A stretch of 28,398 bases of DNA from positions 1-28,398 of the IMG/VR virus record IMGVR_UViG_3300027917_000148; one strand, written 5' to 3'. Below are positions 1 through 10,300 of the stretch, one piece after another; position 1 is the first letter of the stretch, and each line of letters opens with the position of its first letter. The position numbers were made by a program, and so were the translations under genes. The notes under the pieces were generated by a model, which saw only the letters and a program-made list of their open reading frames with translations, was not told the DNA's origin and ran no database searches. The DNA comes from a virus (taxonomy: Duplodnaviria; Caudoviricetes).

Positions 1-217
1 TTTGAGATTGCGGAGATATATACAAATCATATTGTCTTTCACATTTTACAAATATACTTCCATCTCCATGAGCATCATACTTAGGAATCATAAAGTCATC
101 TGGACTCGCTTTCTTTAATTTCTCATCTCCTGTCTCCGAAGTATCATAAACAGGTACATGATCCTCAGAAGCCATTTCGTCTATATCATTAAATTGGTTT
201 GTTTGTTTGTTAGCCAT
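1..217 (-). CDS. Partial gene running off the window edge; probable virion/fibre-type protein (MANKQTNQFNDIDEMASEDHVPVYDTSETGDEKLKKASPDDF...)
   Basis: Manual translation: ATG at 217, open to position 1, with GGAGGA Shine-Dalgarno (SD) upstream. Not in the ORF track because it is truncated. Function is inferred from context only. Confidence 0.75.
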   Translation of the reverse strand, partial: MANKQTNQFNDIDEMASEDHVPVYDTSETGDEKLKKASPDDFMIPKYDAHGDGSIFVKCERQYDLYISPQSQ

Positions 218-219
218 TG

Positions 220-873
220 TTATCCTCCAACTATGTATATATCTCCAGAGTCATTTATCTGATACAAGTCTCCAGAATCGTTTATCTGATACAAGATAGT
301 TGACTCTAATATATCATCTGCCGAGATTGTAAAATTACTTATCACAGAAGTTAAATCACTTCCTATATCGTTTCCAAATATAACTCTCATAAACAAAGGA
401 ACGGTAACGGTTTCCGCAAATTCAAATCCTTCCCATCCAGTACCATCCCAGTAGTAAACAGTAATTTTTCTTGGTGCTCCTCTTGATACTGTTCTAGTAA
501 TTCTTAACTTACCAGAGTCCATGCTCTTACTAAACTTTTGTTCGGCTTCTAAAGAACCAGCATAACCATATCCATCAATACCACTTTGCCAGTATCCTCT
601 TTTTATCCAGTAGAATCTTTTCCTGTCTCCGTATACTGTCGCTTTCCTTACTTCTATACCAAATCCAGTATGAGTATCATCTGGACGTGTCATGCCGCTT
701 AAATCAAAATCCACTTTGACATCAAAAGCACCAGACAATTCAAATAGACTTTTCAAGACTCCCCAGTTCCTACCGTCCTTTGGATGACTCCATGATACAC
801 TATTTGCTTCAACGGTCAATTTATCGTCATCGTTTTTTTGTATTTCAAAATCGCTTATGAAGTTATAAGCCAT
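220..873 (-). CDS. Hypothetical beta-rich protein, probably virion-associated; C-terminal tandem YQINDSGD repeat
   Basis: 217 aa ORF coupled to the upstream gene by a TAATG overlap at 873. Rich in aromatic residues and Gly. Confidence 0.7.
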   Translation of the reverse strand: MAYNFISDFEIQKNDDDKLTVEANSVSWSHPKDGRNWGVLKSLFELSGAFDVKVDFDLSGMTRPDDTHTGFGIEVRKATVYGDRKRFYWIKRGYWQSGIDGYGYAGSLEAEQKFSKSMDSGKLRITRTVSRGAPRKITVYYWDGTGWEGFEFAETVTVPLFMRVIFGNDIGSDLTSVISNFTISADDILESTILYQINDSGDLYQINDSGDIYIVGG

Positions 874-1679
874 TAGTTATTCCTCATCCTCTTGTAAGCG
901 TCTTCCCATGCTTTAGGTGGAGTAAGTCCACCACCTATGGCTTTTGTTTCTACGTCATCATTGAAGACAATGTACCTAGCCTTGTAAGGAACAAACTTAC
1001 ATTTAGCAGTAGGATGTATTTTCTGCACAAGTGCCTTTCTTGATTCGTTATCCTCTTCCTCATCTATTTTCCTTATTCTGAAATAGACACCCATCATGGA
1101 AGCGCAAAATATATTGGCTATTTGAACCAGAAAGCGGATTCCGAAAAGTAGTAAAATGTTTATCAAAGCTACTCTTCCAGTATCCGTTTTCACGTCTGAT
1201 TGTTTGAATAGATTTTTTAGATCCTCTACAATTTTCTTCCTTTCCATTGTAGAGATCGCTGTACGTGTCTTTTGCTTCTGTTTATCGAATATGGCTCTAT
1301 CTTCTTTTAAAGTCTCATATTCTTCTTTTAATATTTCTGCTAGTTCTTCCTTCTGGCTTATTTGAGCCAAACTTTCCAGGGTGGGATTAACCGCTTGCAT
1401 ACCAGCCGCAAAAATAATAGCAGAAAAAACACCTATCATAATAAACTTCTGAACGGCATGAAATACCTTTGATTTCCCTATCTTAATTACTGCTAGCACC
1501 AGTACAAACAGTTCCAGCAAAGCCGCTAAATACAATGGTTGCCAAGCACCTTGTTCATAGAAATGTACATAATACCTAGCAGACTCCGTTATCATAAAAA
1601 ATGAAGCAAAGGCAATGATAATAGATAAGATGCCGACAAATATAGATTTCTTCCAATTTATTTTTTTTAAAAAGTTCAT
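873..1679 (-). CDS. Multi-pass membrane protein with a coiled-coil segment
   Basis: 268 aa. Three N-terminal hydrophobic helices, a charged helical region, then a further hydrophobic helix. AGGAGAG SD. Confidence 0.75.
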   Translation of the reverse strand: MNFLKKINWKKSIFVGILSIIIAFASFFMITESARYYVHFYEQGAWQPLYLAALLELFVLVLAVIKIGKSKVFHAVQKFIMIGVFSAIIFAAGMQAVNPTLESLAQISQKEELAEILKEEYETLKEDRAIFDKQKQKTRTAISTMERKKIVEDLKNLFKQSDVKTDTGRVALINILLLFGIRFLVQIANIFCASMMGVYFRIRKIDEEEDNESRKALVQKIHPTAKCKFVPYKARYIVFNDDVETKAIGGGLTPPKAWEDAYKRMRNN

Positions 1680-1695
1680 GTTACTCTCCTCTTTA

Positions 1696-1703
1696 TATTT
1701 ATA
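1696..1703 (-). promoter_or_regulatory. T4-type late promoter TATAAATA (leftward)
   Basis: TATTTATA on the + strand in the divergent intergenic gap; exact gp55-type late consensus. Confidence 0.65.
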
Positions 1704-1709
1704 TTTTTT

Positions 1710-1717
1710 TATAAATA
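1710..1717 (+). promoter_or_regulatory. T4-type late promoter TATAAATA (rightward)
   Basis: Exact consensus in the intergenic gap. The same motif recurs in intergenic DNA at 4933 and 14070. Confidence 0.7.
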
Positions 1718-1754
1718 AAGATAGATGAAATATAAATTTGTGGGGGTATATCTC

Positions 1755-2762
1755 ATGGTAGCAACTAGTGATAGATTTACAGAAAACAATCCTCTATCGG
1801 ATTCAAATATGGCTATAATTGTCACGTCATTTGACGGACACATGATGTTTTTAAAAAATACCTTATTAGGGTATAAGTCTTCTGGTAAATACGTAATATG
1901 CTCATTTGACAGGCATCATGCAACTATTCCAGAGGACACTTTTAAGATTCCTCACTCATGGACATTTAAACATAAAACCTACGGAGCAGAGAAGAGAAAC
2001 GGCTGGTTATGGGATATCGTTTACGGTGCTGGAGTAATTAATCTTTTTGAAAATTTTGAGTATGTCTTCACGGTAAACGGAGATTGTGTATGGGATAAAC
2101 CGCAAGGAGTGGAAGACGTTATCAAATTACTAGGAGACAATGATATAATGTCTTCAAGTTCTAACGGAATAATTCATACGTGTAGTGTTATCTGGAAACG
2201 ACCAACCTTTTTAGGCTTTGTATCTTATATAAGAAAGATGCTAAAGAAAAACACACCAAAGTCTCACTCACCAGAAGTACTTCTTAGAGATTGGTCTATA
2301 AATAACAAGATAAAAGTTAAGGTTCCTCCAGTTCAAGCTAGGTATCCAAAAGGACATCTACACGCTGGAGCGATAGACCATTATAGCTCTTATCACCAAG
2401 ACAGCACATGGAAAAGACTTTTAGGATATAGGAATTTAGGTGGAGAACACAAGTGGTCATGTCTTGAACATCTTGAACCAGTTCCGAAAAGATATTTCGA
2501 TTTAAGGGAAAACGGAAAGTATTTGAGCAAGCATGAAAAAGACACACTCCTAAATTTCTATCTTACACAAGATAGAAGGTGGCTCTACATGTACTGGGAT
2601 CAAGGAGAAGATTCTTGGTACAATAGAAAGTATCATCCTCTTGAGCACTACGGAAATAAACCTTTACATGATGACTCAAGAAGGAAAGAACTTGGGCCAG
2701 ATTCAGAAAGAAAGGGATTGTTTGACAGGTTCAATTTGGACTTTGTTAACAAGGAGGACTAA
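1755..2762 (+). CDS. Putative GT-A fold glycosyltransferase-like protein (paralog 1)
   Basis: N-terminal strand AIIVTSF and FEYVFTVNGDCVW (DxD-like position). Clearly similar to 4004-4927. Start 1755 is preferred because of a GGGGG SD; 1725 is an alternative. Confidence 0.6.
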   Translation: MVATSDRFTENNPLSDSNMAIIVTSFDGHMMFLKNTLLGYKSSGKYVICSFDRHHATIPEDTFKIPHSWTFKHKTYGAEKRNGWLWDIVYGAGVINLFENFEYVFTVNGDCVWDKPQGVEDVIKLLGDNDIMSSSSNGIIHTCSVIWKRPTFLGFVSYIRKMLKKNTPKSHSPEVLLRDWSINNKIKVKVPPVQARYPKGHLHAGAIDHYSSYHQDSTWKRLLGYRNLGGEHKWSCLEHLEPVPKRYFDLRENGKYLSKHEKDTLLNFYLTQDRRWLYMYWDQGEDSWYNRKYHPLEHYGNKPLHDDSRRKELGPDSERKGLFDRFNLDFVNKED

Positions 2763-3634
2763 TGAAATACAAATTAGATTTATTGAAAGATGAGTATGAT
2801 GAAAGGGATTACATGTTAGAGGATTCAATATGTCCGAAGTGTGGATATCCTATGGGGTCTGATTTACATGAATTAGAATGTGAAGACAAAGTTAGAGTAA
2901 CAAGTGCTGATGTTAATGTAGTAGATTGGACTCCGTATATGAGTCCTGTGAAGGATCAAGGTGGACTTGGATCTTGTGTAGGCTTTGCTGTAGCGGCAAT
3001 GAAAGAATTTCAAGAACAGAAAGAACACTATGAAGAAGTAATGAACGGAAAGAAGTACAGAAGGGAACAGGATCATTATGACTTATCGGAAGCATGGGTT
3101 TACTGGAACTCAAAGAAGATAGATCCTTGGCCCGACTCAGAAGGAACAAGTATCAGATGTGCAATGAGAGTGCTTCATAAGATAGGAATTCCATGTGAAG
3201 CTGGATGGGAGTATGACGATAGATTTAAAGGAGAACCTAAGTCATGGGCGCATCTTGTAGCCAAATGGGGTCTAATTGATTCTTACTGGAGAGTAAATGG
3301 ATTAGATGACTTGAAACTTGCTTTGAATGATCAACCAGTAGTAATCGGAGTGGCTTGTTTCCGAGAAATATTTAGCCCTGTTAACGGAGTAGTTTCTTAT
3401 CCAGCTAATCCAAATGAATTACTAGGTGGTCATGCTATTTGTATAGTTGGATATAATGACGATAAACAACTAGTCAAGTTTAAAAATAGCTGGAGCACTT
3501 ACTGGGGAGAAGAGGGATATGGGTATCTCCCTTATGAATATATTAACGATTTTATGTGGGATGCTTGGGTTGCCAAGGATCTTAGAGTAACAAGAAAAAT
3601 TCTACAAGAAAGAGCAGGAGATGATTTAATATGA
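2762..3634 (+). CDS. Papain-family (C1A) cysteine peptidase
   Basis: Catalytic motifs VKDQGGLGSCVGFA (Gln/Cys), GGHAICIVGY (His) and KNSWSTYWGEEGYG (Asn). N-terminal CPKCG. Confidence 0.92.
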   Translation: MKYKLDLLKDEYDERDYMLEDSICPKCGYPMGSDLHELECEDKVRVTSADVNVVDWTPYMSPVKDQGGLGSCVGFAVAAMKEFQEQKEHYEEVMNGKKYRREQDHYDLSEAWVYWNSKKIDPWPDSEGTSIRCAMRVLHKIGIPCEAGWEYDDRFKGEPKSWAHLVAKWGLIDSYWRVNGLDDLKLALNDQPVVIGVACFREIFSPVNGVVSYPANPNELLGGHAICIVGYNDDKQLVKFKNSWSTYWGEEGYGYLPYEYINDFMWDAWVAKDLRVTRKILQERAGDDLI

Positions 3635-4029
3635 GCCAATTTACTACACCTTGCAGAGTGGAAGTAATTGGAAAAAATCTATTTAAAATAATAGAGCCGT
3701 TTGAATATCACGTAGGAACGTATCCATCGGAAGAAATAATATCAGTACCAGTAAATTTTATAACTGATTTTGCATCTGTACCAAGAATTTTTTGGCCCAT
3801 TATTTCTCCAATAGACGAACATGCTAAAGCGGCAGTAATACATGATTGGATGTATAAATACAACTATGCCAAAAAATCAAGATGTGAAGAGATATTTAAT
3901 GAAGCCATGAAAGTACTAGATGTTCCAGATTGGAAGAGAATCTGCATTTACTGGAGTGTCTATACTTTTGGATGGTACACATGGATACGATATAGGAGGA
4001 TGTATGATTACAAGAGAATATGTGTCTAA
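3631..4029 (+). CDS. DUF1353-family protein
   Basis: VPVNFITDFASVPR and AAVIHDWMY motifs are typical of this phage family. ATGA overlap with the peptidase gene. Confidence 0.85.
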   Translation: MSQFTTPCRVEVIGKNLFKIIEPFEYHVGTYPSEEIISVPVNFITDFASVPRIFWPIISPIDEHAKAAVIHDWMYKYNYAKKSRCEEIFNEAMKVLDVPDWKRICIYWSVYTFGWYTWIRYRRMYDYKRICV

Positions 4030-4927
4030 GTTAAATGAGGGGCCAGAAAAGGATTATGCGAGATATGTACTAAAAGGATATATGGACAATGATAAATGGG
4101 CTACTAAAGCATTGAAAAATGTAGGAGTGCTTTTGACTAGTCATCCAAGTAACAGACCATTTTTAAAGGCTTCTGTAGAGACTCATAAAAAATTGGGATT
4201 CTGGTTAACGGTAGTCTATGATAACTACTGGAATCCAGAACATAAAGATATCACTTACGATAAGTACATGCCAAGAAGAGAAGTATTCGATGAAATTGAT
4301 ACCTTTCTAATTTCTCACCATCAAACTTGGGGAGGAGTTTTATATCCCTATTTCTGGTGTCTGTCATTGGGTCTACAAACAATGGGAGGATTTGAGTATG
4401 TCTTTTGCTCTAACGGAGATTGTATCTTGGAGAAGCCAGAGGGATTTCCTAAGATCATGGAAATGCTAGGAGATGCTGATATCATGGGTTGTGGATGGGA
4501 GAATAATAATGGAAGAGAACTTTTCAATACCACGTCATGGATTGCAAAGACTAAAGCCGCTCAAGCAATGATGAAGCATTTTCAAGATCATTTAATTCCT
4601 ATAGACAATTATGAAAAATACGGAGAACGATTTGGGAATACTGAATCAAGATTTGCTATAGCAATTAAAGAGTTGGGATTGAAAGTAGTAAAAGTTCCTA
4701 AAAATCCTCCAAGTACTCAGGTGCATAAGCCTGGGGGTACGTGGAATGAGATCTTAGGATTCAGGCATATACACGGTGAATGGAACTATGCTCATCGGTA
4801 TAAAGACATTCCTCCTCCAGCAAAATACATAGATCCTACTTACTGGAAGAAGAAAAGAGAACTTGTAGAAAACTACTATAAGACTAAAGATAAGAAATTT
4901 TTGAATCAATGGTATAAAACTAGATAA
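4004..4927 (+). CDS. Putative GT-A fold glycosyltransferase-like protein (paralog 2)
   Basis: VGVLLTSH and FEYVFCSNGDCILEKPEG...LGDADIM align with FEYVFTVNGDCVWDKPQG...LGDNDIM of paralog 1. An AGGAGG SD precedes ATG 4004. Confidence 0.6.
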   Translation: MITREYVSKLNEGPEKDYARYVLKGYMDNDKWATKALKNVGVLLTSHPSNRPFLKASVETHKKLGFWLTVVYDNYWNPEHKDITYDKYMPRREVFDEIDTFLISHHQTWGGVLYPYFWCLSLGLQTMGGFEYVFCSNGDCILEKPEGFPKIMEMLGDADIMGCGWENNNGRELFNTTSWIAKTKAAQAMMKHFQDHLIPIDNYEKYGERFGNTESRFAIAIKELGLKVVKVPKNPPSTQVHKPGGTWNEILGFRHIHGEWNYAHRYKDIPPPAKYIDPTYWKKKRELVENYYKTKDKKFLNQWYKTR

Positions 4928-4932
4928 AATAT

Positions 4933-4940
4933 TATAAATA
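4933..4940 (+). promoter_or_regulatory. T4-type late promoter TATAAATA
   Basis: Exact consensus in the intergenic gap before the structural gene at 4979. Confidence 0.7.
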
Positions 4941-4978
4941 TAAAAGAATAGGAATACTTATATAAAGGAGGGGAGAAG

Positions 4979-5821
4979 ATGACAGGCATAGAAGTTACTT
5001 ATGTAAATGCTACTACATTTACTATAGATGGAAACTTAACAGATATCTTTGTCGCTGGCAAAAATATAAAGGCAGATTGCGGAGCAGATGGATTTAAATT
5101 CGGCAAGGTTGCATCCAGTTCATGGGCTAGTAATACTACTACTGTAATTCTAACTACGGAATCAGATGATTTGACTAGTAATTTAGACCAAGTATGGTAT
5201 GAAGCTGAACCACATATGGATGATGGTAGACCTATAGTTAGAGCGGATACACGTCCTATAGATACCGAGACATATTTCACTATGGCTGGTGATGGTGTTG
5301 GAATCGGTGACGGAAAACATCTTGAATGGGATTTCACAAATGACGATGACTTATATGATGGGCCAGAAGTTCCTAGTGGAATGAAATGCAAAAAAATAGA
5401 ACTTACCTTTCATTGTCCAGTATATTTGAAAGATGGTACGATTTACTTCTTCAATGCTCTATTTGGGTCTTATATTGATATGGATGTAGTGGTTCCATCT
5501 GGAGCTTACTACCCAAATCCTGCTGGCTCCATTCCAGCGGCTAATTTGGGTCTATCGGGAAACAAGATGTATGCTCAAGCAAACGGAGATGTAGTATATC
5601 AAAGATACGTAAACAAACATCATATGAAAGAAGATTGTCCAATGGGAGATGAGCTAAATGCAGAAGGAGCGGCAATTAGTCCAATCCCTCCAGGGTGGAA
5701 AATAAGAGGACTTATTATTGTTCCAGAAGATGACACTTCAAGCAAAGGATATGGATCTCTTGAAATGTATAGATGTCACACGGTTTTACTACCTGGAGAG
5801 ACTCTAGAAACTATTCATTAA
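4979..5821 (+). CDS. Putative virion structural protein
   Basis: 280 aa with a strong AAGGAGG SD and a late promoter. The N-terminus TYVNATTFTIDGNLT resembles phage fibre/attachment N-termini (inference). Confidence 0.6.
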   Translation: MTGIEVTYVNATTFTIDGNLTDIFVAGKNIKADCGADGFKFGKVASSSWASNTTTVILTTESDDLTSNLDQVWYEAEPHMDDGRPIVRADTRPIDTETYFTMAGDGVGIGDGKHLEWDFTNDDDLYDGPEVPSGMKCKKIELTFHCPVYLKDGTIYFFNALFGSYIDMDVVVPSGAYYPNPAGSIPAANLGLSGNKMYAQANGDVVYQRYVNKHHMKEDCPMGDELNAEGAAISPIPPGWKIRGLIIVPEDDTSSKGYGSLEMYRCHTVLLPGETLETIH

Positions 5822-5834
5822 GAGGTAACACACA

Positions 5835-6242
5835 ATGACTTGGAAAGGATACGAACAAGACAAATGGAGTGGTAAGACATCAGATAAAAAATGGTTTCCT
5901 CATACAGTTGATAGAAACGATATACAAAAAATAGAAGACACTCTTAACAATGAGAGTACTCTTGTGTACTTTGAATTCAATGATATCAACGGTAAAATAA
6001 ACAGGATTAGGAATTTAGGAAAAGCAACAAAAAAATATATAACAGTAAAAATAAGACACGAACAATCACTAGCTCCTAATTGGGTAAGAGTATATTACAT
6101 TACTCCAGACAAAGATGGTGTTGACAAGTCTACAATAGATTTCTTTGTAAATGTTAAAGATTTCTATCTAGTAAAAGATAAAGGAAAATGGATATTGGAT
6201 AGTAGAACTTCTATTAATATTACAGAAGATACCATTGAATAA
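5835..6242 (+). CDS. Hypothetical protein
   Basis: 135 aa ORF with GAGGT SD, within the operon. Confidence 0.7.
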   Translation: MTWKGYEQDKWSGKTSDKKWFPHTVDRNDIQKIEDTLNNESTLVYFEFNDINGKINRIRNLGKATKKYITVKIRHEQSLAPNWVRVYYITPDKDGVDKSTIDFFVNVKDFYLVKDKGKWILDSRTSINITEDTIE

Positions 6243-6245
6243 AAA

Positions 6246-7370
6246 ATGGCTATAAGTATATTAAATCAAACAGTTATCACTAGAAGCGCACCTCTAAGTA
6301 CTACTGAGACATATTCACATACTGTTAGTGCAGGAAGTGACACTTTACTTCTTGTTCAAATAACAGGGCAACCAGAAGAAACTGGTGTTACTTTTAGTTT
6401 AGTATGGGATGCCGCAGGAGCAAATGAAGCTCTTACGGAAATAGGTTCTGGTTTCCAAGATGAAAATGATGCTTTAGCTCATTCCTTTTATCTAGTTAAT
6501 CCAACCCCAGGTAATTCGTTAATTACCGTAACCATGAATACCACATGGAGTACTCCTGCTACTATAAGCGTAATTGCTTATACGTTAGAGGGTGTGGATC
6601 AGTCAAGTCCAATAAGAGATTCTGATGGAGATGCAGGAGATGACGATACCTTTTCTGGTACGGTAACTACCGTTTCTGGTGACTTTCTTGCTGTTGCCAC
6701 TATTCAAGAAAACACAGCTACTACTTTTACTTTAGATGACTCTACATTTACAGTTACCTATCTTCAAGATCAAGTTGAAATTGGGATAGATGCTACATAT
6801 TCTTCTGGTTATGGTACGGCAGATACCACTAGTGAAACAGGTACAGTTACTTCATCTGATACAGATCATACAGCTATATTTGTAGTTGCAGTTGCTCCTG
6901 CCGCTTCTAGTAGTTCATCCTCAAGCTCAAGCTCCGTAAGCTCTTCGTCAAGTTCAAGCTCAAGCTCCAGTTCTCTAAGCTCCAGTTCTCTAAGCTCTTC
7001 GTCAAGCTCCGCAACTCCAGCAACTAAAGTATGGGGTCAACAAACAGGAACAGAAGAAGATCATCAAAATACGTTTACAGGAAATTGGACTACTAGCGGA
7101 GGATGGTTTCCTTCTGGAAGCGGAGATACAGAGACTTTACAAACTTCGGCAGGATGCCTACAAGTCTCCATTTGCCAAGATTGGTACTTAGGAGCATTTG
7201 AAGCAATAATTTTTGTAGACAAATATCGTACAGGTAGCGGCCCTGCTCCGATAATTTACTATAAGACAGCCGCTCAAAGAACAGGTTTATCATCTGCAAC
7301 ATGGACTCTTTATAACGGAGTAAGTTTTACTAGTTTGGGATGGGTAAGATTAAAAATCATACATGCATAA
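6246..7370 (+). CDS. Putative virion surface protein: Thr/Ser-rich beta domain, ~35-residue poly-Ser linker, C-terminal WG..TG.EE...FTSLGWV domain
   Basis: 374 aa. The C-terminal domain is paralogous to an internal domain of 7381-14064. Confidence 0.7.
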   Translation: MAISILNQTVITRSAPLSTTETYSHTVSAGSDTLLLVQITGQPEETGVTFSLVWDAAGANEALTEIGSGFQDENDALAHSFYLVNPTPGNSLITVTMNTTWSTPATISVIAYTLEGVDQSSPIRDSDGDAGDDDTFSGTVTTVSGDFLAVATIQENTATTFTLDDSTFTVTYLQDQVEIGIDATYSSGYGTADTTSETGTVTSSDTDHTAIFVVAVAPAASSSSSSSSSSVSSSSSSSSSSSSLSSSSLSSSSSSATPATKVWGQQTGTEEDHQNTFTGNWTTSGGWFPSGSGDTETLQTSAGCLQVSICQDWYLGAFEAIIFVDKYRTGSGPAPIIYYKTAAQRTGLSSATWTLYNGVSFTSLGWVRLKIIHA

Positions 7371-7380
7371 GGAATAAGTA

Positions 7381-10300
7381 ATGCCAGTTTCACAAGCTAC
7401 AGCTACAGCAAGTACTACTACAACATCTGCAACATATGGATTGTTGTCTGGTATGACTCTGACTCCAGGTGCAGGAAACTACATCCTTTCATTTGATGCA
7501 TCTGCTCAATGTAGTGATGAATCCAGAGTATTCTTTCAAGTATTTGTTAATGGTGTGGCTGTAGGACATACCCAAAGAGTCTTCTTTATGGAAGGTTCTA
7601 TTGTCAATAGACAAACTAGTGTAAAGATTTATGCTTACCTTCCAAATGTTGGTGCTGGACAAGCAGTAGAAATTAGATGGTATAGGGATACCGCTGGAAC
7701 GGCTACTTGTTATGATAGAACATTAGTTTTACAAAAAGTTAATGCATCTGATATCAGTCAAGCAACCGCAACCGCTCTGACAAATACTACCAGCACTACA
7801 AACGTACAGATGAACAGCATGACTCTGACTCCAGGGGTTGCTGGTAATTACATAATTTACTTCTCCTCATCCATATACGGAACATCGGAAGCAGATAATT
7901 ATCTTTCTGTTTATATCAACGGAGTACAGGTTACTCATAGTATAAGAAGAAATTTTCAAGATGCTTCTACTCCTAATACTGAATATATTTTCGGTCTTGT
8001 CATTGGTGCATCCGTTGGGGCTAGTGATACAATAGAAATCCGCTGGAGAACTTCTTCTGGTGACACGGCATATGCACGTAGCAGAACTTTAATAGCTCAA
8101 AGAATAACTAGTTATAATCAAGTAACTGGCACATCCACGCTTCAAACTACTTCTGCTACCTATGGCTTAATGGGGTCAATGGCAATCACTCCTGCCGCTG
8201 GAAGCTACATTGCGTTCTTTACTACAAGTGTATATCTAAGTACATCAACCAATTCAGAGATACGGTATACCTTATATAGTGCAGGAGCGCAAATTGCTCA
8301 TACGGCACGTATATCTGAATATGATTCTTCATATGACCAGATAACTCCTCTTCCAGCCGCTACTCATGCGTATATAACAGGTCTTACTGGATCACAGCAA
8401 GTTGATGTTAGATGGAATAGGGAAACTGGTACTGCAAATGTGATTAACCGTACATTTGTTCTTGTTCCAGCGGAAGTAAGCTCTTCTTCAAGTTCTACTT
8501 CTTCGTCAAGTTCAAGCTTTAGTGGTTCAAGCTCATCTTCGTCAAGCTCCAGTTCTCTAAGCTCTTCGTCAAGTAGCTCATCTTCATCGTCCAGTTCGTC
8601 AAGCAGTTCCTCTTCGTCATCGTCAAGTTCCTCTTCGTCATCGTCAAGTTCCTCATCCTCAAGCTCTTCGTCAAGCTCTACAAGCTCTTCTTCAACTTCT
8701 TCTTCTTCTGCTTCAAAGGCTACGGTAACATGGGGTCACGATACAGGAGTAGAGGAAGATGTTGCCAGAGATTTTTCTGGAAACTGGGAACTATCTAACG
8801 TCACAGTAAGCGGTTCGGGTGATTCTGAAACATTAACCTTCTGGTGTCCTACAGCTACAGCTATTTCAGAGGAATGGCTTTTAGGAGCAATGTCTTCTGC
8901 TCAAATCGTTTTAGACAAATATGATGCCTTGGCAGAGGGGCCAGCAATCGGAGTAGAATATAAAACTTCTACAACAAAAATAGGATTAGGTAGTATAGGG
9001 TGGACTCCGTATAACGGAAATGAGTTTACTAGTTTAGGATGGGTGCAGATAAGAATTTTCAAAGGTCTTGACGTACATGCGGAAGCAGGAATACTGGGAA
9101 GTACTGCTACTGACTCTGTATCCGCTTCCATTTCAATACCTCCATCTGGTTACTATGCTGAACCTTGTGGATGTCCTTTAAATAGAGTAGTTGTGGCTGG
9201 TGTGTCATGGGAAGATGCATCCACAGGAAGTTATGTTGCTTCGTGTCAATTTAACGGCATAGACATGACTTTAATATCTGGTGCGGAAGCAGTAGCTCCT
9301 AATAGCAGAATAAGCAATATTCAGCTTTATGCAATTTATGAAAACCAGTTACCATCTGTAGGTGGAGAGTATACTATAACCGCTCAGATTTCTGGAGCTA
9401 ATGAACCAGATGTTCAACCATACTTAACTGCCGTAGTTCTACAGGATATTAAACAAAGAATACCAGAAGTAAGTAAAACGATAGAAATACAAAGAGCGGC
9501 TGGTTTACAAACATTTTCTCATTCTGTACCAGTAAGTGCTGGTGACTCATTTAGTCATATAATTCTACATCATTTGATCAATAGTGAAGGAATTGGAGAT
9601 TCCCCACCTAGTGGTGGTGTGTATTTATCTCATAGTAATAGTCAAATTGAAGTATTTAATGAAGCTAATGATAACAGTACAGTAGGATTAACTTATAAAA
9701 CAGTTCCATCTGGTGGTGGCACATATACATGGAGTCATACTTTAAGTAGTGGTGTAATAATTCAAAGACATATGATTTTCGCAAGTCTATGGGATAGGGA
9801 ACCATGCTTAAATCCCACTACTATAGATGACGTTACTCTGACAAGCTCATCTTCGTCAAGCTCAAGTGAATCATCTTCGTCAAGTTCTTCGTCAAGCTCC
9901 AGTTCTCTAAGCTCTTCAAGCTCTTCTCTTTCATCTTCATGTCCTCCTACTATTATAGAAGATATAGGTCTGCAATCCTCATCCTCAAGCTCCAGTTCAT
10001 CTAGTCAATCGTCTTCGTCAAGTTCGTCTTCGTCATCTAGTAGTTCGTCAAGTTCAAGCAGTTCGTCTTCGTCCAGTTCGTCCTCTTCAAGCTCAAGCTC
10101 CAGTTCCAGCGAATCTTCGTCCAGTTCGTCCTCAAGTTCTTCTTCTTCGTCCAGTTCCAGTTCGTCCAGTTCGTCCTCAAGTTCTTCTTCTTCGTCCAGT
10201 TCCAGTTCGTCCAGTTCGTCAAGTTCATCCTCATCGTCAAGCAGTTCAAGCTATAGCTCATCCTCATCGTCAAGTTCTTCTTCGTCCAGTTCCAGTTCGT

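Noticed and set aside
2297-3860. Additional TATAAATA matches inside coding regions (~2297 and 3853)
   Set aside because: They are intragenic in AT-rich DNA and expected by chance, so they cannot be supported without transcription start data.
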